Part shown: in pieces, positions 40,067-49,369 of the stretch
How the letters are laid out: each line of letters begins with the position of its first letter
Numbering within the stretch: the first letter of the stretch is position 1
Assembly (NCBI GenBank): GCA_963719225.1
Contig: CAVRAY010000001.1
Location: 3,200,001-3,264,000, forward strand
DNA: 64,000 nucleotides
Direction: 5' to 3'
Source: Thermoanaerobaculia bacterium
GTDB taxonomy: Bacteria; Acidobacteriota; Thermoanaerobaculia; UBA5066
Program-made: the position numbers and the translations under genes
Notes under the pieces: model-generated
Told to the model about the DNA's origin: nothing
Databases searched by the model: none
What the model saw: the letters and a program-made list of their open reading frames with translations, nothing else

Positions 40067-41002
40067 ATGCCCGAGCTGCCGGATGTGACCATTTACCTCG
40101 AGCACCTGGACCGACTCGTGGCGGGTCAGGTCCTCCGGAAGGTCCGGCTTGCGAGCCCGTTCGTCCTGAGGTCGGTCGAGCCGCCGCTCAGGGACCTCGA
40201 GGGCCGAGCGCTCGAAGCGGTATCACGCCTCGGCAAGCGACTCGTATTCACATTCGAAGAATCCCTTTTCCTCGTTCTGCATCTCATGATTGCGGGCCGA
40301 TTGCGATGGCGCGAGTCGGGAGCCCCCATTCCAAAGAGAATCGGCTTGCTCTCTCTCGATTTCGACTCCGGGTCCGTTCTTCTGACGGAGGCGAGCCCGA
40401 AGAAGCGTGCGTGGGTGCGGGTCGTCGCGGGACGCGAGGCGCTCGCCGCCCTCGATCCCGGCGGCCTCGAGCCGCTCGAAGCGACGCGCGAGGCCTTTTC
40501 CGCGCGCTTGAGGAGCGAGAACCACACCCTGAAGCGCGCCCTGACGGATCCGACCCTCTTCTCCGGTATCGGAAACGCCTACTCGGACGAGATCCTCCAC
40601 GCGGCGAAGCTCTCCCCCGTCGCCCTCACGGCGCACCTCTCCGACGGGGAGGCCGCCCGTCTCCACGACGCGACGAAAACGACGCTTCTCGACTGGACGG
40701 AACGGCTGCGAAGGGACGCCGGCGAGAAGTTCCCCGAGAAGGTGACCGCGTTCCGTCCGGAGATGGCCGTGCACGGGAAGTTCGGCGAGCCGTGCCCCGT
40801 CTGCGGGACGAAGGTCCAGCGCATCGTGTACGCCGACAACGAGACGAACTACTGCCCGGCGTGTCAGACCGGCGGCAAGCTCCTGGCCGACCGCTCCCTT
40901 TCACGCCTTCTCCATGGCGACTGGCCGAAGAGCCTGGAAGAAATGGAGGAGCGGAAGACGAGGGAGCAGCTCGTCAGATCAACTCGGCCATCCGCCTCCT
41001 GA
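40067..41002 (+). CDS. Fpg/Nei-family DNA glycosylase/AP lyase
   Basis: MPELPDV N-terminus, HLMIAG, GIGNAYSDEIL (H2TH), CPVC..CPACQ zinc finger. Confidence 0.93.
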   Translation: MPELPDVTIYLEHLDRLVAGQVLRKVRLASPFVLRSVEPPLRDLEGRALEAVSRLGKRLVFTFEESLFLVLHLMIAGRLRWRESGAPIPKRIGLLSLDFDSGSVLLTEASPKKRAWVRVVAGREALAALDPGGLEPLEATREAFSARLRSENHTLKRALTDPTLFSGIGNAYSDEILHAAKLSPVALTAHLSDGEAARLHDATKTTLLDWTERLRRDAGEKFPEKVTAFRPEMAVHGKFGEPCPVCGTKVQRIVYADNETNYCPACQTGGKLLADRSLSRLLHGDWPKSLEEMEERKTREQLVRSTRPSAS

Positions 41003-41885
41003 GCTTTTGGTCCGGCAGCCGGCCGAACGCCGCGTCGAGATCGTCGTCCAGGTGCGCACGCTTTCCGGTCGCGGGAATCGCGCACGTGACGGCGGGGTTC
41101 GCGAGAATCCACTTCAGGAAGAACTGCGGCCACGAGGAGCAGTCGAGCTCGGCGGCCCAGTCGGGGAGAGGCCGCGAGAGGACGCGTTTGAGGGCCTCGC
41201 CTCCCGCGAAAGGGCGGTTCACGAGGACGGCGACGCCTTTCTCCCGCGCGAGCGGGAGAATCCGCGCTTCCGCCTCGCGCTCGGCAAGCGAGTAGTTCAC
41301 CTGGAGGAAGTCCAGCTTCTCCCGGAGAAGAACGCGCTCGACGGCCGGATACGCGCTCGCCGTGTAATGCGTGACGCCGATGTAGCGCACGCGACCGGCG
41401 TCCTTCAGCGCCCGAAGCGTCGCGAGATGGGTCTCGAGGTCGAGCAGGTTGTGCACCTGGAGGAGATCGAGGCGCTTCGTGCCGAGAAGCCGCTCGGACG
41501 CTTCGATCTGGCGAAGACCCGCCTCGCGTCCGCGCGTCCAGACCTTCGTGGCAAGAAAGAGCTTCCCGGTGAGCCCCCGCTTCTTCGCGATCGCGCCCAC
41601 CACCTCTTCGGACTGCCCGTACATCGGCGAGGAATCCACGAGCCGGCCGCCGCGCTCGACGAACCGCGCGAGGACCTCTTCGAGAGGCGTCCGTTCCGCT
41701 GCGGACGACCCCACGTCGAACGTCGACCAAGTCCCCAGCCCGATGACCGGAATCCGCTCACCGGAAGACGGGATCGCGCGAAGCATCTGCTCGGCCGACG
41801 CGCCCGCGCCGGACGCGCCGAGAAAAGCGCCCGCGGCGGTCGCTCCGAAGACGCGCAGAGTGTCGCGCCGCGAGAGATCCCCCAT
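40974..41885 (-). CDS. Aldo/keto reductase with Tat signal
   Basis: LSRRDTL twin-arginine leader, IGLGTW, DSSPMYG, LATKVW, LLQVHNL. Confidence 0.88.
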   Translation of the reverse strand: MGDLSRRDTLRVFGATAAGAFLGASGAGASAEQMLRAIPSSGERIPVIGLGTWSTFDVGSSAAERTPLEEVLARFVERGGRLVDSSPMYGQSEEVVGAIAKKRGLTGKLFLATKVWTRGREAGLRQIEASERLLGTKRLDLLQVHNLLDLETHLATLRALKDAGRVRYIGVTHYTASAYPAVERVLLREKLDFLQVNYSLAEREAEARILPLAREKGVAVLVNRPFAGGEALKRVLSRPLPDWAAELDCSSWPQFFLKWILANPAVTCAIPATGKRAHLDDDLDAAFGRLPDQKLRRRMAELI

Positions 41886-41887
41886 GG

Positions 41888-42433
41888 CTACTTGCCTTTC
41901 TGGTACGTCCCCATCAGCTGTGCCTCGGCGAGGACGTGGCCCTTCATCGCCGCCTCGAGCTTCGCCTTCGTCGGCTTGCCGAGGTCGGGGAGGACGGAGT
42001 CGAGGGCGTAGAGCTTGAAGAAGTAGCGGTGGCGGCCGATCGGGGGACACGGGCCGCCCCACCCGGTTCGCTTCCAGTCGTTCGTCCCTTCCAGCGTGCC
42101 CTTCGGCAGGTCTCTGGCCGCGACGGCCTCGGGAAGCCCCGTCGCCGACGCCGGGAGGTCGTAGAGGACCCAGTGGACATACGTCATCTTCGGCGCCGCC
42201 GGATCGGGGGCGTCGGGGTCGTCGACGATGAGAGCGAACGACTTCGTTCCAGCCGGTGCGCCCGTCCACGCGAGCGCCGGCGAGAGATCAGCGCCTTCGC
42301 AGGTGTACTTCGCCGGGATCGCCCCGTTGTTTGCGAATGCGGTCGACGTGATTTGCATCTTTGCCTCCGAAACGGCCCGCATGGGCATGAGCGCGAAAAA
42401 GGCAGGCAAGAGAAGAGCCGCGAGCCTTTTCAC
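41888..42433 (-). CDS. YbhB/YbcL (PEBP) family protein, secreted
   Basis: YTCEG, DDPDAP, HWVLYD, GPCPPIGRHRYFF. Confidence 0.92.
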   Translation of the reverse strand: MKRLAALLLPAFFALMPMRAVSEAKMQITSTAFANNGAIPAKYTCEGADLSPALAWTGAPAGTKSFALIVDDPDAPDPAAPKMTYVHWVLYDLPASATGLPEAVAARDLPKGTLEGTNDWKRTGWGGPCPPIGRHRYFFKLYALDSVLPDLGKPTKAKLEAAMKGHVLAEAQLMGTYQKGK

Positions 42434-45400
42434 TTCTTCTCCTCCCTGGGCATCGCCGCCACGGGCGGGATGCCCTGTTCCTGAACCGTCTTGTTGAAGT
42501 CCGCGAGGTCGGTGTCGAGAACGTTCTCGAGCTGCTTCTTCAGGTCGGCGAGGCGAGCCTTCAATTCCGCGAAATAGGCGATCGCGGCCTTCGAGGGCGC
42601 CGCCTCGCCCGAGGAGACGACGCTCGCCACGCCGACGAACTGGTGATCGAGCTGCGGCGGGAAATTCAGGACGTCCTGCTCGCTCTTGACCTTCGGGTTC
42701 ACGAGCTTGTCCTCGAGGGCCGAGAGCTTCTCGGACAGCAGCTTCGCCTTTCCCGCGAGAGGCTCCTTCTTGCCGAGCTTGGCCGCCCGCTCCGCGATCT
42801 CCTTCGCCTGGCGCTTGACGTCCCGGCAGGCGAGCGCCGCTTCGTGCGTGTCCGACAGGCGATCACGTGCCTCGGCGAGAAACTCCGCCTGCTTCTTCAG
42901 GTCGGCCGGTGAAACCCTGAGATTCGGATTCGCGCGCACCTCGAGCGGCTGAGACAGGCCGGTCTCACCCTTCCTCAAGCGCACCGTGTACGTGCCGGGC
43001 GCGACGCGCGGGCCGTTCTTGCTTCCCCACAGGATCGCCTTCGGAACGAGCGACGGCTTCCACATGCGAAGGTCCCACGTAAAACGGTTGAGGCCGACTT
43101 TCGGCTCGAGCGGTTTCTCGGCATCCTCGTTCCGGGCCTCCGGGGTTCCGGCGTCCTCGGCCGGCTTCTCGCTCGTGAAACGGCGGAGGACCTTGTCGCC
43201 GTCGAGGATCTCGATCACGACGGCATCCTTCGCCGCGGCTTTTTTCGGAGGCGCGTCCTTGAGCCAGTACGAGATCAGGGCGCCCCCGGACCGGTTCTGC
43301 CCGACGCCCCGCGGGAGGCCGCGCTCCGGGTCCCCCCAGTCGCCCGAGGAGCCGTACCGGATCGTCGGGCTCGGACGGAAGAGGTGCAGGTCCTTCTTCT
43401 CGACATCCGCGTTCCAGTTCTCGAGCGTCGCGAGGTCGTCGAGGATCCAGAACGAGCGTCCCTGCGTCGCGACGACGAGGTCTCCGTCCTTGATCGTGAG
43501 GTCCGTGACCGGCACGACGGGCAGGTTTCGCTGGAAGGGCAGCCAGGAGGCGCCGTCGTCGAACGAGAGGTAGAGGCCGGTTTCCGTGCCGGCGAAAAGC
43601 AGCCCGCGCCGCACGGGGTCCTCGCGCACGACACGCGTGAAAGCGCCGTCCGGGATGCCGCTCACGATCTTCGTCCACGTCTTTCCGAAGTCGCCGGTCC
43701 TGTAGAGGTACGGGCGCGTGTCGTCGTGCTTGTACATCGTGGCCGCGACGTAAGCGACAGCCGGGTCGTGCGGCGAGAGCTCGAGGGAGTTGATCTGGAT
43801 GCGCTCGGGCAGGCCTTTCGGGGTCACGTTCTTCCACGTCTTCCCGCCGTCCCGCGTGAGCTGAACCAGCCCGTCGTCCGTGCCCGCCCAGATCGTGCCG
43901 GCCTCGCGCGGCGACTCGGCGAGCGCGAAGATGACGCCGTATACCTCGACGCCCGTGTTGTCGTACGTGATCGGGCCGCCCGAGTAGCCCTGGGTTTCCT
44001 TCTCGTTCCGGGTGAGGTCCGGGCTGATCTCCTGCCACGTCTCGCCCTCGTCCGTGCTCTTGAGGAGGATCTGGGCGGCGTGATAGAGGGTCTTCGGATC
44101 GTGGGGCGAGATGAGGATGGGCGCGTTCCACTGGAAGCGGTACTTCAGGTCCTTCGGGGCCTGGCCGATCGCGAGCTGGGGCCAGGCGACGACGTCCCGG
44201 CCGTCACCCGTCCGGAAATCGTAGCGCTCGATCGCGCCTCCGTAACAGCCCGCGAAGGAGACGTCGGGGTCCCCCGGCTTCGGCGCGACCCAGCCGCTCT
44301 CGCAGCCGCCCACGGGATGCCAGTCGCCCGGGCCGATGCTCCGGCCGCGCGTCCGGCTCAGGATCTCGACGGTCGTGTTGTCCTGCTGCGCGCCGAAGAC
44401 GCGGTACGGAAAGCGGTCGTCGGTCGTGACGCGATAGAACTGCGCCGTCGGCTGGTTCAGGAGCGACGACCAGCTCCGCCCGCCGTTGAACGTGACGGTC
44501 GCGCCGCCGTCGTTGCCTTCGATCATGCGGCTCGGCTCGTTCGGATCGATCCAGAGGTCGTGGTTATCGCCGTGCGGCGTGCGGATGGACTCGAACGTCT
44601 TTCCGCCGTCGCCGGACCGGAAGAACCCGACGTTCAGTACGTAGACGGCGTCGGCGTTCTTCGGGTCCGCGTAAACGTGCGAGTAGTACCAGGCGCGCTG
44701 CCGGAGCTTGTTCTCGTCGTTCAGCTTTTTCCAGGTCTCGCCGCCGTCGTCCGTTCGGAAGACGCCGCCCTTCTCGGCTTCCACGATGGCCCAGACGCGC
44801 TCGGGCCTTGCGCCGGAGACCGCCACGCCGACGCGCCCCACGACGCCCTCGGGCAGCCCGCCTGCGAGCTTCTTCCAGGTGTCGCCGCCGTCCGTCGTCT
44901 TCCAGAGGCCGCCGTCCGGCCCGCCGCTCTCGAGTGACCACGGTTTCCTGCCGACCTGCCAGAAGCCCGCGTAGAGGACCCGCGGGTTCACCGGATCCAT
45001 GACGAGGTCGGACGCCCCCGTCCGGTCGTTGACGAAGAGGATCTTCTTCCAGGTCTTCCCGCCGTCCTGCGACCGGAAGACGCCGCGATCCGGATTCGGG
45101 CCCCACGTGTGCCCGAGCGCGGCGACGTAGACGAGATCGGGGTTCTTCGGGTGCACCCGCACGCGCGGGATCTGCTGCGTCTCCTTCAGCCCCGCGTAAA
45201 CCCAGGTCTTGCCCGCATCCGTGGACTTCCAGACGCCGTCGCCCGCGGAGACGTTGCCGCGGATGCAGCCTTCGCCCATTCCCGCATAGACCACGTTCGG
45301 ATCGGACTCGGCCACGGCGAGAGCTCCCACCGAGCCCGTCTTGAAGAACTTGTCCGACACGGCGTCCCAGCTCGCGCCTCCGTCCGTCGTCTTCCACACC

Positions 45401-45618
45401 CCGCCGCCCGTGCCGCCGAAATAGAACGTGAGCGGCTGGCCCGGAACGCCGGCGACAGCCGTGACGCGTCCGCCTCGAAACGGGCCGATGTTGCGGAACT
45501 CGAGGCCCTGGAGCTTTTCGGAGAGGGTGGATGGGGATTGATTGGGCGTCGGCTCAGGCGACGCCTGCGCGCCTAGGGTGATCGCGAGCGCAGCCGCAAC
45601 GGTGAAAAGCCTCCCCAT
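42430..45618 (-). CDS. Secreted VPS10/BNR-repeat glycosyl hydrolase-like protein
   Basis: Signal peptide, FRNIGPFRGGR, repeated S/T-x-DGGxTW Asp-boxes, HGDNHDLWIDP, QFYRV. ATG at 45618. Confidence 0.9.
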   Translation of the reverse strand: MGRLFTVAAALAITLGAQASPEPTPNQSPSTLSEKLQGLEFRNIGPFRGGRVTAVAGVPGQPLTFYFGGTGGGVWKTTDGGASWDAVSDKFFKTGSVGALAVAESDPNVVYAGMGEGCIRGNVSAGDGVWKSTDAGKTWVYAGLKETQQIPRVRVHPKNPDLVYVAALGHTWGPNPDRGVFRSQDGGKTWKKILFVNDRTGASDLVMDPVNPRVLYAGFWQVGRKPWSLESGGPDGGLWKTTDGGDTWKKLAGGLPEGVVGRVGVAVSGARPERVWAIVEAEKGGVFRTDDGGETWKKLNDENKLRQRAWYYSHVYADPKNADAVYVLNVGFFRSGDGGKTFESIRTPHGDNHDLWIDPNEPSRMIEGNDGGATVTFNGGRSWSSLLNQPTAQFYRVTTDDRFPYRVFGAQQDNTTVEILSRTRGRSIGPGDWHPVGGCESGWVAPKPGDPDVSFAGCYGGAIERYDFRTGDGRDVVAWPQLAIGQAPKDLKYRFQWNAPILISPHDPKTLYHAAQILLKSTDEGETWQEISPDLTRNEKETQGYSGGPITYDNTGVEVYGVIFALAESPREAGTIWAGTDDGLVQLTRDGGKTWKNVTPKGLPERIQINSLELSPHDPAVAYVAATMYKHDDTRPYLYRTGDFGKTWTKIVSGIPDGAFTRVVREDPVRRGLLFAGTETGLYLSFDDGASWLPFQRNLPVVPVTDLTIKDGDLVVATQGRSFWILDDLATLENWNADVEKKDLHLFRPSPTIRYGSSGDWGDPERGLPRGVGQNRSGGALISYWLKDAPPKKAAAKDAVVIEILDGDKVLRRFTSEKPAEDAGTPEARNEDAEKPLEPKVGLNRFTWDLRMWKPSLVPKAILWGSKNGPRVAPGTYTVRLRKGETGLSQPLEVRANPNLRVSPADLKKQAEFLAEARDRLSDTHEAALACRDVKRQAKEIAERAAKLGKKEPLAGKAKLLSEKLSALEDKLVNPKVKSEQDVLNFPPQLDHQFVGVASVVSSGEAAPSKAAIAYFAELKARLADLKKQLENVLDTDLADFNKTVQEQGIPPVAAMPREEKK

Positions 45619-45674
45619 CTTCTTTCTCCCCTTTCTAAGAAAATTTCCTTCTCTTCTCTTCCTCTTCGACGATA

Positions 45675-46970
45675 TCAAGGCGTCGAGCGCGCCGAGGTCC
45701 AGTCGTAGTCGCGAATGAACTTCGCGCGCCACGCGACGATCGCGACGACCAGGAGAGTGCCGACGCCGCCGGCGACGACCGCGACCGAGGCTCCGAGCGC
45801 CACCGACGCGAAGAGGCTCGCGACGAACCCGGCCTCCAGCTCGCCGAGCTGCGGGCCGCCCATGAAGAAGATCATGTTCACGCCCGTCATGCGCCCGCGA
45901 AGCTCGTCGGGCGTGACGAGCTGCCGCACGGTCTGGCGCACGACGGTGGAGATCGTGTCCGAGAGCCCGACGAGGGCGAGCGCAATGAACGTGAGGGTGA
46001 AGCTCCGCGACAGGCCGAAGACGATCGTCGTGACGCCGTATGCCGCGACCGACCACAGGAAGACCTTCCCCTGCCGGCGCGGCAAGCCGCGCACGGAGCT
46101 CCAGACGGAGCCCACGAGCGCCCCGATTCCGGGAGCGGCGCGCAGCCAGCCGTATCCGGCGGGTCCCGCGTTCAGGATCTGGTCGGCGAAGATCGGGAGA
46201 AGCGACATCGATCCCGCGAAGAACGTGGCGAAGAAATCGAGCGTCATCGTCCAGACGAGGATCGGCGTCGTGAAGACGAAGCGCAGTCCTTCCTTGAGAG
46301 AGGCGATGGGGTGCTCGGGCGCTCCTTCCGCGCGGACGACCTCGCCCGACGTCTTCAGCGTGACGAGCGTCAGGAGAACGCCGAAGAAGGACGCCGCGTT
46401 GAGGAAGTAGATGAGCGCCAGGCCCCCGGCGTGGGCGTGCGACGGCAGCCCGGATCCGGCTCCCGCGGCGCCGGCGAGGACGAGGCCCGTGAGCGCGGGG
46501 CCTCCGATCGACGCGAGCTGAAACGTCGACAGCATGATCGAGAGCGCGCCGGGGAGGTCGTCCCTCGGGACGAGACGCGGAATGAGGGACTGGCGGGACG
46601 GGTTGTCGAAAGCGCCGGCGGCGGAGGTGAGCGCCGTCAGGAGATAGACGAGGCCGACGGAATCGCGCCCGAGGAGCGTCGCGGCTCCGAGCGCGAGCGC
46701 GACGAGCGTCATCGTGGACTGCGTGACGAGGAGGACCCGGCGCCGGTCGCGCCGGTCCGCCACGAGGCCGCCGACGAGCGAAAGGACGACGATCGGCACG
46801 ACGCGCACGAGGCCCACGAAACCGAGCGCGAGCGGCGAGCGCGTGAGGACCCAGACGTGCCAGTCGATCGCCGTGTTCTGCATTTGCGTGCCGACGAGCG
46901 ACACGAGCATCGCGACGGCCATGCGGCGGAAGTCGCGGTGCCGGAAGGCCTCGTAGGGTTTCGGCTTCAG
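45675..46970 (-). CDS. MFS transporter (MFS_3/EntS-like)
   Basis: AFRHRDFR, GLVADRRDRRR, TPDELRGRM, GGPQLGELEAG. Start is CTG 46970 or ATG 46922. Confidence 0.88.
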   Translation of the reverse strand: MKPKPYEAFRHRDFRRMAVAMLVSLVGTQMQNTAIDWHVWVLTRSPLALGFVGLVRVVPIVVLSLVGGLVADRRDRRRVLLVTQSTMTLVALALGAATLLGRDSVGLVYLLTALTSAAGAFDNPSRQSLIPRLVPRDDLPGALSIMLSTFQLASIGGPALTGLVLAGAAGAGSGLPSHAHAGGLALIYFLNAASFFGVLLTLVTLKTSGEVVRAEGAPEHPIASLKEGLRFVFTTPILVWTMTLDFFATFFAGSMSLLPIFADQILNAGPAGYGWLRAAPGIGALVGSVWSSVRGLPRRQGKVFLWSVAAYGVTTIVFGLSRSFTLTFIALALVGLSDTISTVVRQTVRQLVTPDELRGRMTGVNMIFFMGGPQLGELEAGFVASLFASVALGASVAVVAGGVGTLLVVAIVAWRAKFIRDYDWTSARSTP

Positions 46971-47830
46971 ATCTTCTTCAGCCAGTCCGACACGTCGGCG
47001 ACCATGCGGTCCCAGGAGGGGGACACGAAGAGCGTCTTCTGGTACTGCGTGGGGTCGTATGGCGTGCGCGACGCGACCTCGAGGTCCAGCGGGACGAGGT
47101 TCGGGTGCCTTTGGAGGTCGCCGAGCTCGCCGTACGAGGACAGGAGGCCCGCGCCCCACGCCTTGAGGTTCCCCTTCTCCTCGACGACACCGAACTCCAC
47201 GGTGTACCAGTACGCGAGCTCGAGGCGCTTCATCGTGGACTCGCCCGCACGCCGCGCGGCCTCGCCGAAGAGGCGGGACAGTCGGACGATGTCGGGATGG
47301 AAGAGGCCGGCGGCGTGGCCCACGAGCTCGTGGACGACGTCCGGCTCGGGCGTGTAGAGAGGCACGCTGTGATGCCTCACGTACTGCGTCGCGAGGAACA
47401 CGTCCTCGGCCATCGCGCCGAGGAAACCGCGCCCCGAGATGAGGCCTGCAACGGGGATCATCCGGAAGCCGGAGCCCGCCCGCAGCGTCTCGCTCACGTC
47501 CGCGAGCTGCGGCACCTTCGTGCGGTCGAGGGAAAGCGCGTCAGCGCTCTCCCTCCACGGGCTCGCCGCGAGGTGCTCGTGGAGGGGGCCGAGCTTCTCC
47601 CACACCGCGCGCCAGACCGCTTCCTCTTCGGGCGTGTACGAGACGCGCGGCAAGGGGTCGCCTTCGCGGTACGCGAGCGCCATGCGGGCGATCTCGTTGC
47701 GGCGCACGCGGTAAACCGCGTCGCGGAAGCCCGGATGGTCCGGATCGAGCGGCACGAGCTCGCCGGCGCCCGCGGCAATCGGCTTCGACGGAGCGGGGGC
47801 GTAGCGCGTCACGGCCGCATCTTCTCCCAA
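46967..47830 (-). CDS. phhA: Phenylalanine 4-hydroxylase (biopterin-dependent aromatic amino acid hydroxylase)
   Basis: TQYVRH, PLYTPEPDVVHELVGH, YWYTVEFG, GAGLLSSYGEL, YQKTLFV. Start is TTG 47830 or GTG 47812. Confidence 0.9.
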   Translation of the reverse strand: MGEDAAVTRYAPAPSKPIAAGAGELVPLDPDHPGFRDAVYRVRRNEIARMALAYREGDPLPRVSYTPEEEAVWRAVWEKLGPLHEHLAASPWRESADALSLDRTKVPQLADVSETLRAGSGFRMIPVAGLISGRGFLGAMAEDVFLATQYVRHHSVPLYTPEPDVVHELVGHAAGLFHPDIVRLSRLFGEAARRAGESTMKRLELAYWYTVEFGVVEEKGNLKAWGAGLLSSYGELGDLQRHPNLVPLDLEVASRTPYDPTQYQKTLFVSPSWDRMVADVSDWLKKI

Positions 47831-47868
47831 CGCGGATCTTACCGCCCGCGGTCAGGCGCCAGGAACTC

Positions 47869-48633
47869 TCACGGCGAGATCGTGACCGTCATCCCCGCGT
47901 GGACGAACGTGTTGAACTGTTGAAGGATGGGAAAGCCGACAAGCGCCCCGCCAATGAGCTGCCCGAGCGGGCCCTGCGGAGACGTCGTCAGTTCGAGGTC
48001 CGCCGTACCGATCCTGATGTCCGGCACCTGCGTTTCCATCTTGACGGCACCGGCGCCTGCCTGCCGCCACCAGTTGGCAGCGAACGAGCCCGACGGAGCG
48101 AGCGACTCGACCACCGTCCCGTCGAGCGAGAGACGTGGATTTCCAGGACGCCGTACCGTCACTTCGAAGGCAGCCGCCCCTCCTGTCGATTCGAAGTCGA
48201 CGTCGATCGTCTCGACGTGCTGGGCCGGGATGCCGAAGTCCTGGAGCGCGTGGGCCAGCCTCGCGTCCGAAGTCTCGTACCAGAAGGTGTAGTTGTTGAT
48301 GTCTCCGGTGAAGTCGGGCGGGACGATCACCGCGCCGATCTGTACGATCGCGCCGGGCTCGGCCTTGTGGCCGTCCACCGATATGCCGCTGCAACGGGAC
48401 GTGCGGACGACGAGAGGCGTCACCGGCTGGCCTTGTCCGGCGAGAACAAACCCGGAAGGAACGAGAGCCTGTGCGCCGTCGGTCGCGACCAGGGCCACGC
48501 CGATGCTCTCGATGCAACCGGTGAACTCGACGGTGAGCGTGGACGGCGGCTTGCCTTTCGACGGCGCGGCCTCCAGGCCAGACGTTGCCAAACCGATGAG
48601 GATGCAGACGGCCGGGACTTTCGAGAGGATCAT
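47869..48633 (-). CDS. Hypothetical secreted beta-rich protein
   Basis: AAGGAGG RBS, signal peptide, 254-aa ORF; no family recognised with certainty. Confidence 0.7.
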   Translation of the reverse strand: MILSKVPAVCILIGLATSGLEAAPSKGKPPSTLTVEFTGCIESIGVALVATDGAQALVPSGFVLAGQGQPVTPLVVRTSRCSGISVDGHKAEPGAIVQIGAVIVPPDFTGDINNYTFWYETSDARLAHALQDFGIPAQHVETIDVDFESTGGAAAFEVTVRRPGNPRLSLDGTVVESLAPSGSFAANWWRQAGAGAVKMETQVPDIRIGTADLELTTSPQGPLGQLIGGALVGFPILQQFNTFVHAGMTVTISP

Positions 48634-48661
48634 TTTCCATTCCTCCTTTGTCGTGAAGTCG

Positions 48662-49306
48662 TTAGAGCTCGCTCAGCAGAACCCGCCTCTTCTCCTGGTA
48701 CTCCGCTTCGGAGATCGTTCCCGCCTTGAAGAGGCGCTCCGCCTCCTTCAGACGTTCCTCGACCGAGGTGCGTGCGGTCGGTGCCGCGGCGGCGCGGCCG
48801 CCGAGCCCGTCCGATCCGGCGCCTTGAGGGCGGGTGTGCGTGAACAGGACGTTGCGAAACTCCTCCGGGTGGAGGATGCGCGGAAAGACCACGGTGCTGT
48901 CGCTTCCGGCGGTCTGCAGCTCGATGTCGCCGTACGACAGCCAGCGGCCGCCGAGCGTCGAGCGGACATTGATGTCCTGCACTTTTTCGAGCGGGATCTG
49001 GCGCACACTTCGCGTGACGAACCCGCTCTTCTTGATGACGCGAAAGGACGTGATGGCGAACTCGTCGAAGGAATCGACGAGAGCCCGCCCGGCCATCCCG
49101 AGGACGCCGGCGAGGAAGAGGACGCCGGCGACGACGAGGAGCGAGGCCTTGAGCGAAGACTCGGCCGGAACGAAAAGGCCGGCCGCCGCCGCGAGTCCGA
49201 CACCGAAAACGACGACCGATGCACCCGGGACGAACCTCACCCAGTGGTAGCGGGGCCGAAGCAGGATCTCCTCTCCCGGGGCGAGGTTCTTGGCGACGTA
49301 CGACAT
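48662..49306 (-). CDS. Bacterial PH-domain membrane protein with C-terminal SHOCT domain
   Basis: Two TM helices, FAITSFRVIKKSG..IPLEKVQDI..YGDIELQTAG, LFKAGTISEAEYQEKRRVLL. Confidence 0.85.
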   Translation of the reverse strand: MSYVAKNLAPGEEILLRPRYHWVRFVPGASVVVFGVGLAAAAGLFVPAESSLKASLLVVAGVLFLAGVLGMAGRALVDSFDEFAITSFRVIKKSGFVTRSVRQIPLEKVQDINVRSTLGGRWLSYGDIELQTAGSDSTVVFPRILHPEEFRNVLFTHTRPQGAGSDGLGGRAAAAPTARTSVEERLKEAERLFKAGTISEAEYQEKRRVLLSEL

Positions 49307-49369
49307 CGCGAAGCATCATATGAAAGATGCCGGGTCGCCCGGAGATCGCGCCGGCCCGCAGCCGGCGTC

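Noticed and set aside
48634-48640. Alternative ATG at 48640 (ORF 47852-48640)
   Set aside because: Too close to the SD and gives an Arg-rich shadow frame; ATG 48633 has proper spacing and a signal peptide.
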